From contig CP006868.1 in assembly GCA_025340205.1 (NCBI GenBank), forward strand, positions 450,001 to 482,000: a DNA stretch of 32,000 bases, read 5' to 3'. Shown one piece after another: positions 25,661 to 32,000 of this stretch. The notes under the pieces were generated by a model, which was not told where the DNA came from, ran no database searches, and was given only the letters and a program-made list of their open reading frames with translations. This DNA is from Ignicoccus pacificus DSM 13166 (GTDB lineage: Archaea; Thermoproteota; Thermoprotei_A; Sulfolobales; Ignicoccaceae). The translations under genes were made by a program, and so were the position numbers. Every line of letters begins with the position of its first letter. Within the stretch, counting starts at the first letter, position 1.

Positions 25661-26653
25661 TTATTGAAGTATGCTATCACAATTAAGATATATCTTATTG
25701 CTCCCTGGCTTTCTACACAACTTGGGATCACTGGAATACGTAAGTAACTTACAATTGAACTCCAACTTATCAAACCACAGCTTCACCGACTCCTTAATCT
25801 CCTGAGACACCCATCTACCTATTAAGATCCTCCTAAGCGAATACCCAACCAAATCGGCTAACTGTATCAACGGGTTGAGTTGAGATTCGTGTAACTGAAA
25901 GGTAATTATTTTAGAGTAATCAACCCTATTGGATGTCGTAGTTATTTCATCCTCCCCAAAGGACACTAAGAGAGCAGTTATCTTTGCATAGAGACTGGAT
26001 GGAAGGACGTGAGCGTCTTTATCTATCCACAGAATAACTTCTGAATTATCATGTGCTGTAACGAATCCCACAATGCGTTTTAAAAGCTCTGATAAGACAT
26101 AGCCTTTAGCGATTGGTATTATGTTAAATTCAAGTAGCTCCGGTATCTTAACTATGATGTCTAGCTCGTCACTCCTTCTAGAATGTAGGTAATCTTGAAG
26201 AGCATCAATGAGGAGGTATTGCGTTCTGATCTTTAAACATTCCGTGTTTGTTGCTACGAAAGCGTATGTCCATTTAGTGTCAGCGCTTAGTCTGATGTGC
26301 TCCCTGAGTACATCTAACACCTTAGAGAAGACTTGTTCAATAACGTCATGGGGCACATTAAGATCTCTAAGTGCATTGAACAGGAAACGTCCCTTTACCT
26401 CAAAAGGGATGTCGCTTCTCTTCTTGTCTCTCATACGTTTTAGTACATCCTCGACAGATTTGTTCAGCTGTAGTTCTTGAAAAGCTTGAGAGAGAAGTTC
26501 CTTCCAGTACTCTTTGGAAACCAGCTTGTATGTGTCATTGTAGATGTCAAGCGGTACTATAAGCGCGCCCATAGCGAATATTGATTCATGACTGGTTATT
26601 GGTATATTCTCTTCTACATTGCCGGTTTCGTCAATACCCGCGGCGAATAACAT
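25661..26653 (-). CDS. DUF3800-like protein, carried as low-GC cargo within the element
   Basis: The N-terminus MLFAAGIDETGN matches the h-D-E-[ST]-G hallmark at the start of DUF3800 proteins. GGTGGGG sits 6 nt upstream of the ATG. The region is about 38-40% GC by my line counts, against roughly 50-60% in flanking lines. Confidence 0.5.
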   Translation of the reverse strand: MLFAAGIDETGNVEENIPITSHESIFAMGALIVPLDIYNDTYKLVSKEYWKELLSQAFQELQLNKSVEDVLKRMRDKKRSDIPFEVKGRFLFNALRDLNVPHDVIEQVFSKVLDVLREHIRLSADTKWTYAFVATNTECLKIRTQYLLIDALQDYLHSRRSDELDIIVKIPELLEFNIIPIAKGYVLSELLKRIVGFVTAHDNSEVILWIDKDAHVLPSSLYAKITALLVSFGEDEITTTSNRVDYSKIITFQLHESQLNPLIQLADLVGYSLRRILIGRWVSQEIKESVKLWFDKLEFNCKLLTYSSDPKLCRKPGSNKIYLNCDSILQ

Positions 26654-26699
26654 ATATTCCCCACCAATTGTCCTCTTGTCTACCCGTGTTTAACTTTTG

Positions 26700-27002
26700 T
26701 TAGAAGACTTTGTTACTTAGTGAATCCGACCTCCACGAGGCTCTACGGGTCTTCGCCCTCCTCACCTCCCTCAGCACCTCGTGGAGTTTCTTGGCGACTT
26801 CTTGATCACACTCGAAGAGTAAGGCCATTGCAAGCGTTATTTCCAAGTTGTTGAGTCTGTAGCGAGATCTCAAGATAGCGAGCAAGCCTTCGAACTTCGA
26901 GTGGGCGTTGATGCGGGAGGCGGAAAGGGGAAGGCCCAGGTAGTGGAGGGCTTGTTGCTTGAAGTTCCCGAGACAAGTGTGTACTTGTGCTGGGCTGTCC
27001 AC
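26700..27002 (-). CDS. Hypothetical protein of the element
   Basis: A 100-aa ORF upstream of, and co-oriented with, the DUF3800-like gene. No motif recognised, and several overlapping alternative-frame ORFs make the call uncertain. Confidence 0.35.
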   Translation of the reverse strand: MDSPAQVHTCLGNFKQQALHYLGLPLSASRINAHSKFEGLLAILRSRYRLNNLEITLAMALLFECDQEVAKKLHEVLREVRRAKTRRASWRSDSLSNKVF

Positions 27003-27121
27003 CTTCGCTCACCGTTGCTCCGGAGGGTACCTCGTGTGCACCCGAAAGGAGGGCTCGCGGCGGAGCGCTTGTTCGTGTGGGGAAAGGCCCGGTGGTAGGG
27101 CAAGGCCGAAATCGTTCGGAT

Positions 27122-27136
27122 CCCCCCCCCCCCCCC
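27122..27136. repeat. C15 homopolymer (G15 on the minus strand)
   Basis: I counted 15 consecutive C residues directly, in non-coding DNA of the element. Confidence 0.95.
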
Positions 27137-27185
27137 GTTTAAGGACTTAAGGGGGTTTGTGTTTCACCAATTGATGGTCCCAGCT

Positions 27186-27399
27186 GGCCCAGAGGCCCAG
27201 CGCTTCTGGGGGATACCCGGGGCGAGTGAGAAAAACTGCGAGGGGGCCTCGGGGAAACCACTGGGCCTCTGGGCCCTCGTTTACCATCACATATTTACTT
27301 GGTGATTATGGTTTCACCAATGATCTGAAATCCAAATCACTAAGGTCTCCGCCGTCAAGGGCCCAGAAGGCCCAGCGGGGCCCAGTTGGGAGCTGGGCC
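27186..27399. repeat. GGCCCAG iteron-like array with 5 direct and 3 inverted copies, including a perfect 15-bp inverted repeat
   Basis: GGCCCAG occurs at 27186, 27194, 27360, 27369 and 27379. CTGGGCC occurs at 27261, 27269 and 27393. ggcccagaggcccag (27186-27200) is the exact reverse complement of 27261-27275, with a 60-nt spacer. Confidence 0.85.
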
Positions 27400-27531
27400 C
27401 TGAACGGCAGCGGTGTTACGGTATCGAACTTAAAGGTACATCTCTAATCACTCCCCTCTCGATTTACGGAAGGGAGAGGGAACGACTAGCGAGTGGTCCT
27501 GTTGGGCCCTCAGGAGGCTGAGAAGTTTGTT

Positions 27532-30453
27532 TCAGTTTAGTAATTCAGCGAGTTCTTCCGCCCCAACTTCCTCTTCCTTTAGCTTCAGCGAAATTATGAA
27601 GAGCGAGGTTGGTTCCAGATCGAGTTTGACTTTGTAACCTTTTTTAATGCTTCCGCAAAGCTTCACCTTACTCCTCTGCTCCCTCCTCTTCTTCAGTGCT
27701 CCCAACTCCTCCAACCACCTCGTAACGCTCAGCAACGCCACATTCTCTCCGTATCTCTTCCTTATCCAGTTGTTCACCTCCTCGAAGAAGTTCTTGTTTG
27801 CGAATAAGCAAACGTCGTTACCCTCCACGAACATTACCGCTCCGTTCTCTTCAAACGCAACGCAAGAGGGCGGATAGCCTTGAATTCCAGTAGGCCAATC
27901 GAGGGCCTCCTTGTCGTAAACGTAGAGCTCTAACTCCTTGATCTCCTTGTCCAACACCCTCCTTATGAACGAGTAGAACGCTTGTCTGTAGTCGAAGCTC
28001 TCCCTCCCGACGGCGCTCTCCGTCAGCCCCTCGAAATCTGGCTTGGGGAACGGCTCTAGTCCATACTCCTCATAGAGTTCCCTCCAAGCCTGGTAGCCTA
28101 GCTCAAGAAGTTCCAGTACCTTCCTCCTCCTCGGGAGCCCCTTGAGTTCCCTCTTCCTCTCTTCAAAGAGCTTTGCGAACTTCTCGAGGACCTTCAGGCC
28201 AACAGTCTTTACCGCCTTGATCCTCTCAAGGTCCATCGAGTCCGGGGTGAAACCCCTCGCCTTCTCAACATCTATCCCGTATTCAGCGCTCAAGTAGAGC
28301 CTCACGAACTTATCCTCCGAGTCCAGCCCTATCCTCAACCCCTCGTTGGCTGTCATCACTACGCCTCTCAAGTTAAGGTAGACTCCTTGGACCGTCGGTC
28401 CGCTTTTCTCTGCCATTACCACGTTGGTGGCTGCTCTGTGGAGCTCTTTCAAAGCCCTCTCGTCCATGTTGTGGGCCTCATCAAGAACCAGCAAGAGCTT
28501 GGCTTGGGCTAAAGCCTTCTGAGTCTCGTACTCGGTCCTTGGTAGAGCTGCGTCGGGCTCGACGTTGTTGAGTAAGGCCAAGAACTCCGCTATGGTGCTC
28601 TTACCTCCTCCCCTCTTACCCTCGATCACCAAGTGAGGGAGATAGCTCAGCTCCTTGCGGATTTCGTAAGCTAAGGCCAGAGCGGGGTAGAAGCTCAGAG
28701 CGAAGGCGGGAACCTCGTGGTCCTTGTAGCCCTCAACGAACCTCCTAACGACCTCAAGCCCCAGCTCGATATCTCCTTCGAGCTCAGGCTCCCACTTGTG
28801 AACGAACCTCCACCTCGGCCTGTAACCAGTCTCCCTCGCCAGCAGTAGTTTCCCTTCAACGAGCCAAGGTCCTACTGCGTACCAAGTCTCGACCTCCTCC
28901 TCAGCCATTTCCTCTATCAAACGTTTGAAGGCTTCCTTGTCGTCCAGGAAACTGAGCTGTTTGAGGTTGTTCGCTACGTCCTCTAGTGTCCCAACGAGTT
29001 CCAGCTCCTTGCCTTTGACCTCAAGTCTGACCGAGTAGTAGAGGCCCAAGTTTAGCGGGAGACCCTCGGGGAGTATCTTGATCAGTTTGACCTCCTTGGG
29101 GATAGCGCTTGTTATCAACCTAGCCTCGCCTTGGTTGTTGATGACGTAAACTCCTTCCCTCCCAGTCGTTACACTGCGCACAGCTTTGCCTTGTCTCCTC
29201 CTGAGCCAAGCGACCCCGGAGCCCCTCGCAATTCCCAAGATCCTCTTTATCGTATTGAGGACCTCTCCGACTTGCTTAGCGGCCTCTTCATCATCCAGTC
29301 CGTCCTCCTTCTTTATTTTGAGTAATTCCTCCCTCAGGCACTTGAGCCCGCAAAGGTTTACCCCTTGCCTCTTTTCATAGTGGTAGTCCACTTGGTAGAG
29401 TCTCTCGCTCTTCTCCTCATCGTCCTCAGCCAAGAGTTCGATTACCCTTCTGGCGCTCTCCTTCTCTATCCCGGCTTTTATCATGACTCCGAGCAAGTCC
29501 TTGACTATCTCGTGTCTGTGGCCAGGCTTGTAGAATGGCTTGACAATTTGCACCAACTCGAGAATCCTCGTGTTATCGAGACGTCTTAAAGGCTGGTGGC
29601 GACCCTTGACCGCGATGCCGTTCTTCGACCCCCTAATCGTATCGAGCGGAGGTAAGACCTCCTCGATGACGCTGGTGCTCACCGGTAGCGCTCCGTCCTT
29701 GATCCAGAACGTTGGTTTGGGCCACTCGTACTTCCAGTTGATCGTTCCGATGAGCCTCATGACCCTCGCCGGGTCCTTGATCCTCTCGTCGGCCGGGAGG
29801 CCGAACTCCTTCCCGAGCGCGATGAAGCGCTCCTGGTACTTCCTCCAATCGTTGGGCTTCACCGGATTGAGCAACGTAACGTAGAGGTGGAACCCTCCTC
29901 CACTGAAGGCGAAGTTGAAGTCTATGTCATTCTCCTCGAGGAACGCTAGAAACTCCGCTAGCTTCTCTAGGCTCTCTTCTTCAAACTTACCCTTGTAGTC
30001 TAGGTCGAGCACTAGGACGTTGAACTCTTTGACGTCCTCATTCGAGTGCCTCTTGTTGTAGGAGACCCAAGCTCTGAGCCTCTCATTGAGCTCGAAGTCA
30101 TTATCTTTCAGCTCCTCGAGCTTCACTATCCCAAGTGCCACGTAGGTCTCAGCGTTACCCAAGGCCTCAAGGAAGTCTCTATCCTCCAAGAGCTTTAGCA
30201 GATCACCCTTCCGCTCGAAGGCTAACGTTAGCGAGCCCCTCTCCTCCTTCTGCCAAATGATAACAGGCTTGTCCTCGTTCCCCGTTATCAGCCTCAAGTG
30301 TTCAACGATCTCGCTGGTCCTAACCTTGGGTTCTTCCCTAGTAGCCCGCTCGAGGGCTTCCTTGAGCCCCTTTGTCCAAACGTTAACTTTTTCAGGACCA
30401 TTGGACCCTTCGTTATCGGGTAGCTGCGAGGGGGAGGTGACTACGGCCGTCAT
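27532..30453 (-). CDS. Replication protein: an N-terminal AEP prim-pol domain fused to a C-terminal P-loop (SF3/D5-like) helicase
   Basis: AEP motifs: I is VLVLDLDYK, II is SGGGFHLYV and III is DPARVMRLIGTINWK. Walker A is GKRGGGKST and Walker B is LLVLDEAHN. I chose the ATG at 30453 (MTAVVTSPS...), which overlaps the upstream ORF stop as ATGA, rather than the track start at 30567. Confidence 0.85.
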   Translation of the reverse strand: MTAVVTSPSQLPDNEGSNGPEKVNVWTKGLKEALERATREEPKVRTSEIVEHLRLITGNEDKPVIIWQKEERGSLTLAFERKGDLLKLLEDRDFLEALGNAETYVALGIVKLEELKDNDFELNERLRAWVSYNKRHSNEDVKEFNVLVLDLDYKGKFEEESLEKLAEFLAFLEENDIDFNFAFSGGGFHLYVTLLNPVKPNDWRKYQERFIALGKEFGLPADERIKDPARVMRLIGTINWKYEWPKPTFWIKDGALPVSTSVIEEVLPPLDTIRGSKNGIAVKGRHQPLRRLDNTRILELVQIVKPFYKPGHRHEIVKDLLGVMIKAGIEKESARRVIELLAEDDEEKSERLYQVDYHYEKRQGVNLCGLKCLREELLKIKKEDGLDDEEAAKQVGEVLNTIKRILGIARGSGVAWLRRRQGKAVRSVTTGREGVYVINNQGEARLITSAIPKEVKLIKILPEGLPLNLGLYYSVRLEVKGKELELVGTLEDVANNLKQLSFLDDKEAFKRLIEEMAEEEVETWYAVGPWLVEGKLLLARETGYRPRWRFVHKWEPELEGDIELGLEVVRRFVEGYKDHEVPAFALSFYPALALAYEIRKELSYLPHLVIEGKRGGGKSTIAEFLALLNNVEPDAALPRTEYETQKALAQAKLLLVLDEAHNMDERALKELHRAATNVVMAEKSGPTVQGVYLNLRGVVMTANEGLRIGLDSEDKFVRLYLSAEYGIDVEKARGFTPDSMDLERIKAVKTVGLKVLEKFAKLFEERKRELKGLPRRRKVLELLELGYQAWRELYEEYGLEPFPKPDFEGLTESAVGRESFDYRQAFYSFIRRVLDKEIKELELYVYDKEALDWPTGIQGYPPSCVAFEENGAVMFVEGNDVCLFANKNFFEEVNNWIRKRYGENVALLSVTRWLEELGALKKRREQRSKVKLCGSIKKGYKVKLDLEPTSLFIISLKLKEEEVGAEELAELLN

Positions 30454-30656
30454 TGGTCCACCACCTCCTCTCCCTCCTTCAAGCTTCCGCACATCGCCTC
30501 GTACAACAGGAGAGCCCTCGTCACGACCTCGTTGTCCGCATGGCCGTGGAAGACGTAACCTTCGCACATCTCCCTCGCCATCTCCTCTGCTTCCTTCCTG
30601 AGCTCGGAACCAAGGTCCTTGAGGACTTCCTCGATACGTTGCTCGATCTCCTTCAT
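30450..30656 (-). CDS. Hypothetical small protein (68 aa) of the element operon
   Basis: It has 4-nt overlaps with both neighbouring ORFs, and is acidic and helical. Confidence 0.5.
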   Translation of the reverse strand: MKEIEQRIEEVLKDLGSELRKEAEEMAREMCEGYVFHGHADNEVVTRALLLYEAMCGSLKEGEEVVDQ

Positions 30657-30979
30657 TGCTTACACCTCCTCACAGCTCTCTTTAAGGCCTCCTTGGTGAG
30701 CGGAGTTTGAGGAAGCTCCTCGCCTTTGCAGATCCTTTCTACGAGCCTCTCGATCTCTAGCTCGTTCACCACCACTTCGGGCTCATAGCCCAAGCGCTTC
30801 AACTCCTTGTCGACGAGCCTCTCGAGAGTCTCCCTGAGGCTTTGGTCGTAAACCGTTGCGAGGAAGCAGAGCTTAGCGTGGAGCCCCTCGCTCGCTGGCA
30901 GAGTCTTAGGCTTTCCATTTATTACCTGGTACTTTGCCACAGTGGTGGCCGCGAGGTCGCGGAGCGCGGCTTTTCTCAC
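30653..30979 (-). CDS. Small protein, possibly a ribbon-helix-helix DNA-binding protein
   Basis: KTLPASEGLHAKLCFLATVYDQSLRETLERLVDKEL resembles a strand-helix-helix layout. It overlaps both neighbours by 4 nt. Confidence 0.4.
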   Translation of the reverse strand: MRKAALRDLAATTVAKYQVINGKPKTLPASEGLHAKLCFLATVYDQSLRETLERLVDKELKRLGYEPEVVVNELEIERLVERICKGEELPQTPLTKEALKRAVRRCKQ

Positions 30980-31398
30980 TGCGCCTCACCCCCAACCCTC
31001 TTGATTATCTCTTCTGCCTCCTTCAGCATCTTACACTTACTGAGCTTCTCGAGTAGGGCCTTGAGCTCGTCCTCGTGCTTCCTCATTATCTCCAGCAAGG
31101 CCTTAGTTATCGCCACGTTCGGTAGTCTGTGCTCTTTCCTCAGCTCGATTACCGCCTCTGCGAAGTCTCTCGCCACCTTGAGCTTGGTGAATTCCTTCTC
31201 TTCAAAAAAGCTCGAGAACTTCTCGCAGCTTTCTTGTTTTCCGGTCTTCACAGTTCCACCCGTATCTACCTGGGGTACCAGTGGTTGCTCATGGTGAGTC
31301 GAATCTTGCATCTCATTTCCCCTCACCCAACGTAGGGTACCTAGTCCGTTGCGCACGCTCCCTCCCGTATCCCCCAAGGGTACCAACCGCTCTGCCAT
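30976..31398 (-). CDS. Hypothetical protein, with its C-terminal half paralogous to ORF 31434-31787
   Basis: I preferred the ATG at 31398, which has GGTGAGGGAG 5 nt upstream. The track start (GTG at 31440) and the ATG at 31311 are alternatives. The 5' part lies in a tandem duplication. Confidence 0.5.
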   Translation of the reverse strand: MAERLVPLGDTGGSVRNGLGTLRWVRGNEMQDSTHHEQPLVPQVDTGGTVKTGKQESCEKFSSFFEEKEFTKLKVARDFAEAVIELRKEHRLPNVAITKALLEIMRKHEDELKALLEKLSKCKMLKEAEEIIKRVGGEAQ

Positions 31399-31430
31399 GG
31401 TTACTCCCTCACCCTTACCGAGGGTACCAT
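31240..31430. repeat. Imperfect tandem duplication (units of about 65-85 nt) with GGGTACC cores
   Basis: Unit 31259-31341 (cccgtatctacctggggtacca...cctcacccaacgtagggtacc) aligns with unit 31364-31428 (cccgtatcccccaagggtacca...cctcacccttaccgagggtacc). Each unit carries a GGTGAGGG SD-like box followed by an ATG on the minus strand. Confidence 0.7.
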
Positions 31431-31433
31431 TGC

Positions 31434-31787
31434 TCACCACTTCATCCTCGCCAAGCGACTATCCCACTTGTACACTTCTTTCGCCCTCAGCTTCTTGCAG
31501 AATCTGATGTCCTCGATGGTCTTCCTGAACTCCTCCTCGTGCCTCTTCAGGACGTAGTAAGCGGCCATAGTTACTGTGTGGTTCGTCGTGTTCAGCTCCT
31601 TCCTTAGCCTCAGCACCAGCAAGGCGAACCAGCTTGAAACGGTGAGCCTCGACTTGATTTCGAGCAAGTGGTCCTCCTCTTCGATGTCCTTGCACCTAGG
31701 GTGCTTCTGCCACTCGTACTCCTCCACAAGCATCCCCGCCCAGAGCTGGGGTACCAGTGCGCTAGCGGTGAAACGGAGTAGTCGCAT
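31434..31787 (-). CDS. Hypothetical protein, first gene of the element's leftward operon and paralog of ORF 30976-31398
   Basis: An ungapped hand alignment of RLRKELNTTNHTVTMAAYYVLKRHEEEFRKTIEDIRFCKKLRAKEVYK with ELRKEHRLPNVAITKALLEIMRKHEDELKALLEKLSKCKMLKEAEEIIK gives about one third identity. Confidence 0.5.
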   Translation of the reverse strand: MRLLRFTASALVPQLWAGMLVEEYEWQKHPRCKDIEEEDHLLEIKSRLTVSSWFALLVLRLRKELNTTNHTVTMAAYYVLKRHEEEFRKTIEDIRFCKKLRAKEVYKWDSRLARMKW

Positions 31788-31926
31788 TTTGATGGCGAGT
31801 ACTGGGACGAAAGGTCTGCCTAGCAGAGAAATTGGTTAGACCTTCGAAGGAAGCGGGCATAACGGTGAAACGGAAAGCTTCAGCTGGGAGCTCGCTTGAG
31901 TAAGAGGAGGAAAAGGAACTCGAGGG

Positions 31927-31987
31927 GGACTAGGACGCCGGCCTGCCACGCCGGAGATCCCGGGTTCAAATCCCGGCCGCCGCACCA
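31927..31987 (+). repeat. attR: the displaced 3' fragment of tRNA-Gly (61 nt)
   Basis: It is identical to 24075-24135. The upstream sequence (aaaggaactcgaggg) cannot form the acceptor or D arms, so this is not a second tRNA gene. Confidence 0.9.
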
Positions 31988-32000
31988 TTCTTCCTAATTA

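Larger units (their letters stand above)
24075..31987. mobile_element. Integrated plasmid-like element (about 7.85 kb) in tRNA-Gly with an intact integrase (pNOB8-type integration)
   Basis: It is bounded by perfect 61-bp direct repeats (24075-24135 and 31927-31987). It contains an integrase, a prim-pol/helicase replicase, small putative DNA-binding ORFs and a low-GC cargo gene. Confidence 0.85.

Noticed and set aside
27186-27399. The repeat array considered as a CRISPR array.
   Set aside because: The units are only 7 nt, irregularly spaced and in both orientations. There are no spacers of uniform length and no cas genes in the window.
26806-27447. Several 60-80-aa ORFs in the track within the element's non-coding region (26806-27012, 26870-27103, 26901-27098, 26959-27150 and 27226-27447).
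   Set aside because: They overlap one another in different frames, are Arg/Pro/Gly-rich as expected for random GC-rich DNA, and span the repeat arrays and the C15 tract.
30454-30567. The 38-codon N-terminal extension of the replicase ORF (MRRLRLPRPCGQRGRDEG...).
   Set aside because: It lies entirely inside the upstream 68-aa ORF in another frame and has an Arg/Gly-rich, low-complexity composition. The ATG at 30453 forms the same ATGA coupling junction seen at the other gene boundaries.
31927-31987. A second, independent tRNA-Gly gene at the window's end.
   Set aside because: Only tRNA positions 19-76 plus the CCA are present. The preceding bases cannot pair with the CCGCCGC acceptor strand or form a D stem.

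Overview
The window looks like a chromosomal segment from a hyperthermophilic crenarchaeote. Desulfurococcales or Ignicoccus-like is only my guess. It rests on AGG/AGA/ATA-rich codon usage, all-GC tRNA stems, dense two-strand coding with many 4-nt start/stop overlaps, and c-type multiheme cytochromes.

Positions 1-23.9 kb carry host genes:
- RNA modification: a THUMP protein, a Sun-type m5C methyltransferase and Taw3.
- Toxin-antitoxin pairs: HEPN-MNT and VapBC.
- Metabolism: a nucleoside phosphorylase, a radical-SAM activase, ThiC, a THEP1 NTPase and an OSBS-like enolase-superfamily enzyme.
- An operon of PaaK, a sodium:solute symporter and a tiny membrane ORF.
- A cluster of a PadR regulator, a CPBP protease and an ABC-2 exporter.
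- A membrane-anchored octaheme cytochrome c plus two secreted proteins that each carry one CTQCH heme motif.

Positions 24.06-31.99 kb are the most interesting part. This is a roughly 7.85-kb integrated plasmid-like element in tRNA-Gly(GCC), bounded by perfect 61-bp direct repeats. It carries:
- an intact archaeal-type tyrosine integrase;
- a low-GC cargo island with a DUF3800-like gene;
- a 529-bp repeat-dense non-coding region, with a C15 run, eight GGCCCAG copies and a 15-bp inverted repeat, that may be an origin or control region;
- a translationally coupled leftward operon ending in a roughly 970-aa prim-pol/P-loop helicase replicase.

Two host ORFs have in-frame stop codons just downstream of plausible start signals: a Cys-rich mini-ORF upstream of thiC and a SIMPL-like exported protein. 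No rRNA or CRISPR array was seen. All functional calls come from motif recognition by eye. No database search was run.
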